Source: a virus. Taken from it: DNA of 64,000 bases. Location of the stretch: positions 62,970 through 126,969 of the IMG/VR virus record IMGVR_UViG_3300027754_005988. One strand, 5' to 3'. Positions 31,444 through 40,661 of the stretch are shown in pieces (the stretch's first letter is position 1; the number at the start of each line of letters is the position of its first letter). The notes under the pieces are model-generated. The model did not search any database. It was not told the DNA's origin and saw only the letters and a program-made list of their open reading frames with translations. The position numbers and the translations under genes were made by a program.

Positions 31444-32094
31444 ATGTCAAAAGAACCAGAGTTTCTATTAGCGTTAGATGTATCAACTAGTACCATAGGT
31501 ATAGCGTTATTTCAAGATATGGGAGAACATGGTGAACTAAAATTGCTTCACCATGTTAGTCCAAAAGTAAAACCACAACCAAGTAGTAAAATGGAAGAAT
31601 TATTCCGTAAGGTTGAGATTTTTGAAAAAGAATTTTTAGTAAATTATAGTGATTTTGGAATTACTAGAGTTGTTATTGAAGAACCCTTATTACAATCAAA
31701 CAACGTATATACTATTGCAACATTATTACGATTTAACGGTATGATATCTAAATCGGTATATGACACACTAGGAGTCGTTCCAGAGTTCATTTCATCATAT
31801 GATGCTCGTAAGTATGCTTTCCCAGAATTAATGGCTGTAAGACGCTTTAAAAAGGATGGGACACCATTAACTGAAAAAGCTATAGAAAAAAATACACCTG
31901 TATTATTCGGTGATTACCCTTTCGATATAGATAAGAAAATGGTAATTTTTGAAAAAGTTTGTGATTTAGAACCACAAGTAGTTTGGTTTTATGATAAAAA
32001 ATACAAACTAAAAAAAGAAACCTTTGATACTTCAGATGCATATGCGTGTGGTATTGGTTATATGAATAAAATAGGTGTTTGGCAAATTAAATAA
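31444..32094 (+). CDS. ruvC: RuvC-like Holliday junction resolvase
   Basis: LALDVSTSTIG, VVIEEP, DTSDAYAC catalytic carboxylates. Confidence 0.8.
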   Translation: MSKEPEFLLALDVSTSTIGIALFQDMGEHGELKLLHHVSPKVKPQPSSKMEELFRKVEIFEKEFLVNYSDFGITRVVIEEPLLQSNNVYTIATLLRFNGMISKSVYDTLGVVPEFISSYDARKYAFPELMAVRRFKKDGTPLTEKAIEKNTPVLFGDYPFDIDKKMVIFEKVCDLEPQVVWFYDKKYKLKKETFDTSDAYACGIGYMNKIGVWQIK

Positions 32095-32101
32095 CCAAAA
32101 A

Positions 32102-32133
32102 TTTGTAAAATAGGAATTGGTTTAGTATATTTG
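32102..32133 (+). promoter_or_regulatory. Bacteroidota-type early promoter
   Basis: TTTG-N20-TATATTTG upstream of primase. Confidence 0.8.
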
Positions 32134-32137
32134 TGCC

Positions 32138-33094
32138 ATGTCACATTTATTAGTTAATATACTAGAATCGTTTTTAGGTGAACACCGCAAGTTGAATGAA
32201 GATACTGGACAAGTAGCATTCGATTGTCCTGCGTGTTCAGATGAGAAAGGATTGTCTGAAGGTGACGGTAAAGGTAATCTAGAAATAAACTACGATAAAA
32301 ACATTTTTAAATGCTGGGTTTGCTGTGATACCAATTACATGCATGGCCCAGTTACCAAATTAATCAAAAAATATGGTTCTAATAAAAATCTACGTGATTA
32401 TTTATTGGTTAAACCAGATGCTAACGAATTTTCTAAAAAAGAACATGCTGAAATAATAGTTGAATTACCAGAAGGTTATAAAAAACTTTCTAATTGTACT
32501 TCTAAAGATTTCAAGTATGATTTGGCCATGAACTATCTAAGAAAACGTGGCATTACTGATGAAATAATAAAATATTATGATATAGGTTATACAATTAAAG
32601 GACCTTTTTTTAATAGAATAATAATACCATCATATGATAGTGATGGGAAGTTAAATTATTTTATTGCTAGATGGTTTGCTAATGAATATACAAAACTTAA
32701 ATACGTAAATCCAATTGCTGAAAAGCAAGAAATAGTCTTCAACGAATCAAAGATAAATTGGGATGCTACAATATATCTAGTAGAAGGTGTAACTGACCAT
32801 ATTGTTACACCAAACTCAATACCACTATTAGGTAAATTCATATCCCCAATGCTATTAGAAATGCTTCACGATAAAGCAGCTGCTAATGTAGTAGTTGTTT
32901 TAGATGATGATGCAACAAAAGATGCTATTAATTTATATAAACAACTTAATTTTAGTGATTTATATAATAGAATAAGAATATGCATACCACCAAAAGATTA
33001 TGACCCATCAAAGTTATTTGAAGAGTATGGTGCCAAAGGTATAATTAATTTATTAAAAACTTCTAGAAAATTAAGTGAATCTGAAATGTATTAA
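32138..33094 (+). CDS. dnaG: DNA primase (Zn finger + TOPRIM)
   Basis: FDCPAC...CWVC zinc site; IYLVEGVTD and VVLDDDA TOPRIM motifs. Confidence 0.88.
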   Translation: MSHLLVNILESFLGEHRKLNEDTGQVAFDCPACSDEKGLSEGDGKGNLEINYDKNIFKCWVCCDTNYMHGPVTKLIKKYGSNKNLRDYLLVKPDANEFSKKEHAEIIVELPEGYKKLSNCTSKDFKYDLAMNYLRKRGITDEIIKYYDIGYTIKGPFFNRIIIPSYDSDGKLNYFIARWFANEYTKLKYVNPIAEKQEIVFNESKINWDATIYLVEGVTDHIVTPNSIPLLGKFISPMLLEMLHDKAAANVVVVLDDDATKDAINLYKQLNFSDLYNRIRICIPPKDYDPSKLFEEYGAKGIINLLKTSRKLSESEMY

Positions 33095-33096
33095 TA

Positions 33097-33128
33097 TTTG
33101 CACATGGTGTAAAGATTTGGTATATTTG
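33097..33128 (+). promoter_or_regulatory. Bacteroidota-type early promoter
   Basis: TTTG-N20-TATATTTG. Confidence 0.8.
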
Positions 33129-33144
33129 TAATTAAAAAAAACAT

Positions 33145-33927
33145 ATGAGTAAAGCAAAAAGATGGGAAGGTCCTGTTTATTTAGAACCTATAGAACATAA
33201 GTATCACCATAGAGTTACAGGTAAAATATATAAATCTGTAACTACTACTTTAACATCTATCGAACCACATTTTGATTCAGAGTCTGTATCAATGGCTATT
33301 GTAAATCAAGCTGATGATAAAAAACAAGAACGTTATGTTGGGTTAAGTCAACAACAAATACTTGATTATTGGCAATTGCTTAATGATGAGGCAAATATCT
33401 ATGGTTCAAAAGTTCATGATATTGTTGAAAGATATTTATTAGCTAATAAATGGTATTTTCCAGATGATTCTGAAGATGGTTTATTTGAGCAAAGAGTTAT
33501 TGAAGGATTTGAAGCTCTTAAAGTTGATGAAGGTGTTGCCATGTGGCCAGAAAGAATCCTTTTTGCTGAACAATATGAGTTAGCTGGTATGTCAGATTTA
33601 ATAATAGATATTGATGATGTTTATTTTGATGTATGGGATTGGAAAACAAATAGAGAATTTAATTTCTTTGACCAATTTGGTTATAAGACTTTATTTAAGC
33701 CGTTTGACCACATGCAATCATGCCAATGGTCAATATATACCCTTCAATTATCAGTATATGCTTATATGTACGAATTGGAATTCCCTAAAAGAAAATGTAG
33801 GCAAATAAAGATTGGTTATTGGGATAAAGAAAAAATGTCATTTGAAAAGATACAAATAATGTATATGAAACATGAAGCACGTAAATTAATAGAGATGCAT
33901 CACTATAATTTAATGAAAAATAGTTAA
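33145..33927 (+). CDS. PD-(D/E)XK exonuclease
   Basis: YGSKVH, AGMSDLII, WDWKT, LQLSVYAYM motifs. Confidence 0.85.
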   Translation: MSKAKRWEGPVYLEPIEHKYHHRVTGKIYKSVTTTLTSIEPHFDSESVSMAIVNQADDKKQERYVGLSQQQILDYWQLLNDEANIYGSKVHDIVERYLLANKWYFPDDSEDGLFEQRVIEGFEALKVDEGVAMWPERILFAEQYELAGMSDLIIDIDDVYFDVWDWKTNREFNFFDQFGYKTLFKPFDHMQSCQWSIYTLQLSVYAYMYELEFPKRKCRQIKIGYWDKEKMSFEKIQIMYMKHEARKLIEMHHYNLMKNS

Positions 33928-34034
33928 AATTCATCTTTTTTTATGTCTCTATTAACATAAGAACATAAAGGTTGAAGATTACTGAAGTGATTTAATTTCA
34001 GTAATTCTTCTTCTGTCCAAGTATTTTTTTTCAT
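33924..34034 (-). pseudogene. 36-aa remnant resembling the C-terminus of an HNH homing endonuclease
   Basis: Translates MKKNTWTEEELLKLNHFSNLQPLCSYVNRDIKKDEF; not in the ORF track. Confidence 0.65.
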
Positions 34035-34083
34035 AATATTTTTTTTCACTTATTGTTATTCATATTATTAAATATATAAATAA

Positions 34084-34115
34084 CTTGCAAAAAACATAAA
34101 AAATTAGTATATTTG
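34084..34115 (+). promoter_or_regulatory. Bacteroidota-type early promoter
   Basis: CTTG-N20-TATATTTG. Confidence 0.8.
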
Positions 34116-34132
34116 TAATAAAAATATATATT

Positions 34133-34945
34133 ATGGTCAAAGCCGTTATCCATTTAGCTGATATTCACATTAGAACAATGAGAATGCATGATGAATATAA
34201 AGAAGTATTTGTAAAATTAATAAGTCAAGTAACTGACCTAGTTAAAGAATATAAAAGAGAAGAAGTTAGGATAGTAATTGCTGGTGACCTAGTTCATCAA
34301 AAAATTATAATATCTAATGAACAGTTAATATTAGGTACGTGGTTACTTAGAAAACTAGAAGAAATTGCTCCGCTTATTATAATTGCTGGAAATCATGATT
34401 TGTTAGAAAATAATAAAGATAGAATGGATAGTATTACACCAATGGTACAATTCTTACCAGATGCTGAAATAAACTATTTTAAAGATTCAAATTGTTTTTT
34501 AGATGATAATATAGTATGGTGTGTTTATTCAATTTTTGAAGAAAACAAGAGACCAGATATTGAATCCGCTAGAGTTGAATTTGGTGATAATAAAACATAT
34601 ATTGGATTATTCCATGCACCATTGGTAAATGCTAAAACAGACATTGGTTATGAGATTGACCATGGTGCTGGATTAGATATATTTGAAGGTTGCGATATTG
34701 CAATGCTAGGTGATATACATAAAAGACAAATTTTTAACCATAAGGGTATTTTGATAGCATATCCATCTAGCTTAATACAACAAAATTTTGGTGAGAATGT
34801 AAGTAAGCATGGATTTTTGTTGTGGGATATTGAAACAAAAACATTTACTGAACATGATGTTGATAATAGATTTCTATATTATCAATTCAAGATAAAATCG
34901 CTTGAAGATATTGAAAACGGTACAGAACAATTAACAAATAAATAA
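34133..34945 (+). CDS. Mre11/SbcD/gp47-like metallophosphoesterase nuclease
   Basis: HLADIH, IAGDLVH, IAGNHD, FHAP, LGDIH motifs. Confidence 0.9.
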   Translation: MVKAVIHLADIHIRTMRMHDEYKEVFVKLISQVTDLVKEYKREEVRIVIAGDLVHQKIIISNEQLILGTWLLRKLEEIAPLIIIAGNHDLLENNKDRMDSITPMVQFLPDAEINYFKDSNCFLDDNIVWCVYSIFEENKRPDIESARVEFGDNKTYIGLFHAPLVNAKTDIGYEIDHGAGLDIFEGCDIAMLGDIHKRQIFNHKGILIAYPSSLIQQNFGENVSKHGFLLWDIETKTFTEHDVDNRFLYYQFKIKSLEDIENGTEQLTNK

Positions 34946-34946
34946 T

Positions 34947-35171
34947 ATGACATTAGGAGAACTAAAAGAATTTGTAAATTCATTACCAGAAAAAATGGAT
35001 GAATTTTACGTTATTAATGGGGAAGTTGGATATATTGACCCAGATGATGCGGATAGTGCGGTATATCGATTAGATAAGCCAATTATAGCTATATATGTTG
35101 ATGAGAAAGAAGGCGAAATTTGTTTTTTCCATCAAACACAAGAAGATGTTAATAAAGTATTGCCAAAATAG
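34947..35171 (+). CDS. Hypothetical protein (74 aa)
   Basis: MTLGELKEFVNSLPE start, 1 nt after the upstream stop. Confidence 0.7.
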   Translation: MTLGELKEFVNSLPEKMDEFYVINGEVGYIDPDDADSAVYRLDKPIIAIYVDEKEGEICFFHQTQEDVNKVLPK

Positions 35172-35178
35172 AATAAAT

Positions 35179-35577
35179 ATGAAAATACCTTATGATTTGG
35201 AGCAAGATATTCTACAGTATTGTAAAGCTAATGATATAACAGATATCGATAACTATTTAATCAGAATAGTTAAAACAGCTCAGACTATTGAAAAATTTGG
35301 TGCGACTCCAACAATAAAAGAAAAGATTGTTGAGAAGATTGTTGAAGTTACTGTTGATAAGATTGTAGAAGTTGAAAAAATAGTTGAGTTACCTGTTGAA
35401 AAAAATGTATACATTACGGATGATTCACAAATAGGTTTATTAACTGATGAGATTAACACTCTAAAAGCTGAACGTGATGATTATAAAAAAAAATTAGATG
35501 ATTTATCTAAAGAGTTAGAGCTAAACCAAGAAAAATTAAAAATAGAAAAAAATAGAAAAGACATTTATGGAGAGTAA
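35179..35577 (+). CDS. Hypothetical protein with EKIVEV repeats and coiled coil (start re-assigned to MKIPYD)
   Basis: In frame with track ORF 35095; repeated (V)EKIVE(V) units. Confidence 0.72.
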   Translation: MKIPYDLEQDILQYCKANDITDIDNYLIRIVKTAQTIEKFGATPTIKEKIVEKIVEVTVDKIVEVEKIVELPVEKNVYITDDSQIGLLTDEINTLKAERDDYKKKLDDLSKELELNQEKLKIEKNRKDIYGE

Positions 35578-37936
35578 CATCGAAGTCGTTGATAAGATAT
35601 CAATATCGTCACATTCAAAAATAAAAGTGTATTGGGATGACCAACCACATAACTATAGCAAAGAAAATAAGTTAAAAGTTAGAAATTATTTTGCTAGCAA
35701 ATATGGTGTTAATAGAAATAACATAAATGTAGTTTATAGACCTGTTAAGAAAAATGAAAAGGGTGAGTTAATTGAAATTAGCGGTGCTGGTATTGATAAT
35801 ATCATGGATGTTAACTATCAAAGAGCTCTTATGAAAGAAATAATTGAGCGAGATAGTAAATCAATTGATTTTGAAAGGATTATATCATTAGATAATCGTA
35901 TAAATGGCGAGTTAAATGTTGATTTGACAGTATCACAACATAAAAAATGGCAGATAAAGTGGTTAATGATAGATAATTTCTTATCATTTGGTGAAAACAA
36001 CTATGTACCTTTTTCCAAGATTAAGGGTTTAACTATAGTTAATTCAATACCTGCAAATACTGGTGGTAAAACTACGCTTACAATTGATGCTATTAAGTTT
36101 TTATTACATGGTACTACAACAAAAACTGATAAGAATGAACAAATTTTTAACACATATAGTGATAAAAATGAGTTAGTTGTTCGTGGGATGATTGATATTG
36201 AAGGTGATGAGATTATTATCGAACGTAAAATGAGACGTTCTCAAAAGAAAACTGGAGAATGGACTGTTGTTAATAAATTACATTATTATGAATTGCTTCC
36301 AGATGGCAGTGAAAAGGAAATGGAGGAAGAGAATGCTAAAGAAACTACTAAAAAGATAAAAGAAACTATTGGTAGTGAAAAAGACTTTGAGTTATTAGTA
36401 TTAGCTACTGAAAAGAATTTGGATGATTTGATTGGTTTAACAACTAATGAATCTGGTAAGGTGTTAACTAGACTAATAGGATTAGAGATACTTGAATTAA
36501 AAGAGGCGGCTGCTAGAACTATGTATAATGAGTTTGCCAAAAAGAAAAAATCTAATGAGTTTGATGTTATTACATTAGGTAATGATATTGAAGACCATAA
36601 ACAAAATGTAATTGATTCTACTGAGTTATTAGGTACTCTTAATGAGCGACTAGAATCAACAAAAAAAGAACTAATTGATTTAGGTAATGAGAATGATAGG
36701 TTAATAAATAGCAAAGAAAAGATTGATGTAACAATATCTGAATTAAACCCATCTAAACTAGAAGAAGAGATTGCTGAGCTAACTAAAACAGGTGTTACAT
36801 TAAAACAGACTGTTAATGAATTGGTTACTAAAATCGATGCGATTGGTGATATCATATTTGATGAGGATAGGCACCATGAATTAGGTAAAATTAGTTTAGC
36901 GTTATCAAATGGAATTGCTGTTACTACAGCTGAAATAAAAAGACTTGAAACTGCTGTATCTGACTTAATAGCTGGTGGTATTTGTAAATCATGTAATAGA
37001 AAATTAGACAATGTTGATAATAGTGAACATATTTCTAAACATAATCTAGGTATTCAAAATCTATTTAAAAAATTAAATTCAGATGGTAAAAAATTAAAAA
37101 AGGTTGAGGAAGAATTAACAAATTTAAATAATACCAAAACACTTATTGATAATAAAAATAAATTAGAATTAGCTAGGGATAGAACTGATGTTGAAATTGG
37201 TACTTTAAGGAATAAGGTTGTTGGTAAAATGAATGACCTTAAAAAATATAAACTTAATTTAGATTCAATTGAATTAAATAAGAGAGTTGATTCTGAAATT
37301 GAAAACGTTAAAACAAAATTGGTTGTTTCTAATTTAACAAAAGACAGCACGATAATTAATCTTGAAAGAGTAATTACTGATATTAAAACTAATAATGCGT
37401 CAATAGATACAAAGACAAAACTAATTGAGACAATAAAGAAAGAAGAAGAGGTTGATAAAATTTTTAAGGTTTATATTGATTTGGTTGGTAAGAAAGGTAT
37501 TAGTAAATTGGTATTAAGGTCAGTATTACCTATTATAAATTCAGAAGTACAAAGATTATTAGAAGATGTTTGTGATTTCGAAATCGAGATATTTATGGAT
37601 GATAAGAATGATGTTCAATTTTTAATAAATAAGGATGAGATATCCAAATTATTAAAATCTGGAAGTGGTTTTGAGAAAACAGCATCTAGTCTTGCTTTAA
37701 GGAGTGTATTAGGTAAGATATCTACATTACCAATGCCAAATTTCATTACATTTGATGAAGTATTGGGTAAAGTAGCGCCAGAGAATATTGAAAAACTTAA
37801 GCCATTATTTGATAAGATAAAAGACATGTATGATATTGTTTTCTTCATTACACACAATGATTTGGTTAAAGATTGGTCAACTTCTATCGTAACTGTAGTA
37901 AAAGAAAATAACTTATCTATGGTTAAAATAACATAA
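35567..37936 (+). CDS. Rad50/SbcC/gp46-like SMC ATPase
   Basis: Walker A PANTGGKTT, Zn hook CKSC, signature KSGSGFE, Walker B ITFDEV, FITHN. Confidence 0.92.
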   Translation: MESNIEVVDKISISSHSKIKVYWDDQPHNYSKENKLKVRNYFASKYGVNRNNINVVYRPVKKNEKGELIEISGAGIDNIMDVNYQRALMKEIIERDSKSIDFERIISLDNRINGELNVDLTVSQHKKWQIKWLMIDNFLSFGENNYVPFSKIKGLTIVNSIPANTGGKTTLTIDAIKFLLHGTTTKTDKNEQIFNTYSDKNELVVRGMIDIEGDEIIIERKMRRSQKKTGEWTVVNKLHYYELLPDGSEKEMEEENAKETTKKIKETIGSEKDFELLVLATEKNLDDLIGLTTNESGKVLTRLIGLEILELKEAAARTMYNEFAKKKKSNEFDVITLGNDIEDHKQNVIDSTELLGTLNERLESTKKELIDLGNENDRLINSKEKIDVTISELNPSKLEEEIAELTKTGVTLKQTVNELVTKIDAIGDIIFDEDRHHELGKISLALSNGIAVTTAEIKRLETAVSDLIAGGICKSCNRKLDNVDNSEHISKHNLGIQNLFKKLNSDGKKLKKVEEELTNLNNTKTLIDNKNKLELARDRTDVEIGTLRNKVVGKMNDLKKYKLNLDSIELNKRVDSEIENVKTKLVVSNLTKDSTIINLERVITDIKTNNASIDTKTKLIETIKKEEEVDKIFKVYIDLVGKKGISKLVLRSVLPIINSEVQRLLEDVCDFEIEIFMDDKNDVQFLINKDEISKLLKSGSGFEKTASSLALRSVLGKISTLPMPNFITFDEVLGKVAPENIEKLKPLFDKIKDMYDIVFFITHNDLVKDWSTSIVTVVKENNLSMVKIT

Positions 37937-37939
37937 ATA

Positions 37940-37971
37940 GTTGTGTGGTTAGATAATTATTAGTATATTTG
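37940..37971 (+). promoter_or_regulatory. Bacteroidota-type early promoter
   Basis: GTTG-N20-TATATTTG. Confidence 0.78.
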
Positions 37972-37989
37972 TTTAAAATATTTAATGTT

Positions 37990-38520
37990 ATGAAATTTAG
38001 AAATTATTGTATAGTGGTTATGGGTACCATGGATGGTTCCGATGTTAGACTAGAAATTGAAAAGATTGCTGAATCTAAAATTAATGTTTTGGATGCCAGA
38101 GGACTATTAATTGCTACATTCACATCTGGTGTTTCACCCAAAGAATTGACTGATTGGTTTAAGTTAAATAAGAGAAATTTTTTATTATTTGATTTAAATG
38201 ACGATAATTCTGGCTTTAATATCACAAAAAAAGATATACACGAAGGTTTATTTGGTTTCTTAAGCGAAATGAGTAATAAAGACCTAGAAGATAAAACCGT
38301 TGAGTTTTTAAAAGATATTGAAATGACATCTGACACTAAAAACTTTACATCTTTTGTTAAAGAAAATCGTAAAAAGGTAAAAGTTAAGAAAATAACCAAA
38401 GAAGATGTCAAAAAAATGACAATAAAAGAAAAGCAAGAATTACAAGATAGTATCATTGATAACGGTGTTGAAAACATGACAGAATATGATAAAGAAATTT
38501 TAAGTTTTTTGTGGTTATAA
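37990..38520 (+). CDS. Hypothetical protein (start re-assigned to MKFRNY)
   Basis: Track start TTG 37969 lies inside the promoter; first in-frame ATG is 37990. Confidence 0.75.
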   Translation: MKFRNYCIVVMGTMDGSDVRLEIEKIAESKINVLDARGLLIATFTSGVSPKELTDWFKLNKRNFLLFDLNDDNSGFNITKKDIHEGLFGFLSEMSNKDLEDKTVEFLKDIEMTSDTKNFTSFVKENRKKVKVKKITKEDVKKMTIKEKQELQDSIIDNGVENMTEYDKEILSFLWL

Positions 38521-38532
38521 ACACTAAAAACA

Positions 38533-38564
38533 CTTGACTTTAAAGGGTTTTATGCGTATATTTG
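38533..38564 (+). promoter_or_regulatory. Bacteroidota-type early promoter of the sigma gene
   Basis: CTTG-N20-TATATTTG; also readable as TTGACT-N17-TATATT. Confidence 0.8.
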
Positions 38565-38607
38565 TATAATCAAACATAACGAAGAGAATGTAAATGTATT
38601 AGTTTTA

Positions 38608-39441
38608 ATGAGTAAAAAATATGTAAATTTTAGTGATGACAATAGCGTATCGAGATATTTTAAAGACGTTAGGAAATCTAATCTATTAACTATTGAACAA
38701 GAAGTTAAATTAGCTAAAAGGATTAAAAAAGGGGATGATAATGCGGTTAACGAATTGGTTAACGCTAATCTTAAATTTGTTATCTCAATAGCCAAAGAAT
38801 ACCAGAATCAAGGATTGCCACTTTCTGATTTAATAAATGAAGGTAATTTAGGTTTGATAAAAGCTGCCAGAAAATTTGACCACAAAAGAGGTTTTAGGTT
38901 TATATCATATGCTGTATGGTGGGTAAGACAATCAATATTACAGAGTTTGAATGATAATGCTAGAATAGTTAGATTACCATCAAACATAATAAACAAATTA
39001 TCTTATTTGAATAAAGAAATAAGTAAATTTGAATATGTTAATGAAAGAGAACCTGTATTTGGTGAAATATTAGATAAAGATAAAAATGTTTGTATGTTAT
39101 TATCTTATCCAAAATGTGCATCTTTAAATGATGTCATAAATGAAGACGGTGATGAATTTATTGAATTGATACCTAGTGATGATGATGATTTAGATGACCA
39201 ATTGTTAATTGATAATAGAATAAAAGATGAAATAAATAAAACACTAGCGGTTTTAGATGAAAGAGAAAGAACAATTATTGAATCTTATTTTGGTATCAAT
39301 ACGACACATGAAGCCATGACACTTGAAGCTATTGGTGAAAGATATGGTTTAACAAAAGAAAGAATTAGACAGATTAAAGAAAAAGCTATTAGAAAGTTAA
39401 GACATAATGCACATGATTTATTCACTTTGTTAAACGAGTAA
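38608..39441 (+). CDS. RNA polymerase sigma-70 family factor, RpoD-like lacking region 1.1
   Basis: ANLKFVISIAKEYQNQGLPLSDLINEGNLGLIKAARKFD...FISYAVWWVRQSI; region 4 TLEAIGERYGLTKERIRQI. Confidence 0.93.
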   Translation: MSKKYVNFSDDNSVSRYFKDVRKSNLLTIEQEVKLAKRIKKGDDNAVNELVNANLKFVISIAKEYQNQGLPLSDLINEGNLGLIKAARKFDHKRGFRFISYAVWWVRQSILQSLNDNARIVRLPSNIINKLSYLNKEISKFEYVNEREPVFGEILDKDKNVCMLLSYPKCASLNDVINEDGDEFIELIPSDDDDLDDQLLIDNRIKDEINKTLAVLDERERTIIESYFGINTTHEAMTLEAIGERYGLTKERIRQIKEKAIRKLRHNAHDLFTLLNE

Positions 39442-39448
39442 TATTTAT
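39442..39448 (+). promoter_or_regulatory. Putative late promoter motif TATTTAT
   Basis: 13 nt upstream of ATG 39462. Confidence 0.55.
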
Positions 39449-39461
39449 ATTAAAATTAAAA

Positions 39462-40661
39462 ATGAAGATAAGATTTAGTTACCTTATGTTACTACTAGCG
39501 CTATCCGTTGCAGGATGCGCTGCTTATTTTTCAATATGTGGTTTAAGTCAATTATTTGCTGGTGCTAGCGTTGCTGTTATTATAATGGCTAGCGTATTGG
39601 AAGTTGGTAAAATAATTACAACAACAGCGTTACACACTTACTGGGATTATTTGGCTAGACCCCTTAAAATTTATTTAACTATAAGTGTTGGTGTTTTAAT
39701 GATAATAACATCAGCTGGGATATATGGATTTTTATCAAATGCTTATCAAAAGACTGCTAATAAATTAGAAATGCATGATGGTGAAGTTGGTGTGTTGAAT
39801 GGTAAAAAAGAAATATTTGATAATGCTATAAAAGATAATAAGGAAATAATAGATACAAAAAATAAAAGGATAGACCAATTATCTAACCTTAGAATCAATC
39901 AAGAAAATAGAATTGACCAAACCAAAGGTAATCGAAATAAAGATAAAGTTAGAAAAGATATTGAAGGGGCTAATATAGAAATTCAAAAACTATCATCAGA
40001 GATTGATTTGTTAAACGCTAAAAACATGGTGTTGTCTGATTCTGTTAGCAAATATAATGTTTCTGTTTTGGGATTAAAATCTAGTAGTGATGTTGCTGGT
40101 GAAGTAGGTCCTTTAAAATATGTTTCAGCGTTAACTGGTATTCCAATGGCTAATGTTGTTAACTATATGATTCTTTTACTTATTTTTGTATTTGACCCAT
40201 TAGCTATTGCATTGGTTTTAGTAACAAATAAAGTATTTGAACTAGAAGGTAGACAAACACCTTTAGAACCAAAAAAAGAATATGTTACTGAACCAACAAC
40301 TAGTATTGTAGAGTTTAATGATGGTTATGATAATGATGACTATGATAGTGATGAATCATTGGAAGATGTTTATGTAAGATATGATGATTTAATTGGGTTG
40401 AAAAACAAAGAGGTAATTGTTAATGAGATATCTGAAGAAGAGAGTAAAGTAGTTAGCGAATCACAAATAGAGGTTCCTGTTTATAAAAAAGAACCAGTAA
40501 TACCAACTGGTAAAATAGAAGTTGAAGACATTAAAGAAATAAAAGAAAATAGAGGTTATTCAGTACCTATTCCAAAAAACACGAATACAATAGAAAGGAT
40601 TGGTTCTAATAAACACATTAAAGATGGCGATAACAATAGATTTTTTTTCAAACGTAAGTAA
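39462..40661 (+). CDS. Multi-pass membrane protein with large coiled-coil loop
   Basis: Three N-terminal hydrophobic helices, coiled coil, then ILLLIFVFDPLAIALVL helix and acidic tail. Confidence 0.8.
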   Translation: MKIRFSYLMLLLALSVAGCAAYFSICGLSQLFAGASVAVIIMASVLEVGKIITTTALHTYWDYLARPLKIYLTISVGVLMIITSAGIYGFLSNAYQKTANKLEMHDGEVGVLNGKKEIFDNAIKDNKEIIDTKNKRIDQLSNLRINQENRIDQTKGNRNKDKVRKDIEGANIEIQKLSSEIDLLNAKNMVLSDSVSKYNVSVLGLKSSSDVAGEVGPLKYVSALTGIPMANVVNYMILLLIFVFDPLAIALVLVTNKVFELEGRQTPLEPKKEYVTEPTTSIVEFNDGYDNDDYDSDESLEDVYVRYDDLIGLKNKEVIVNEISEEESKVVSESQIEVPVYKKEPVIPTGKIEVEDIKEIKENRGYSVPIPKNTNTIERIGSNKHIKDGDNNRFFFKRK

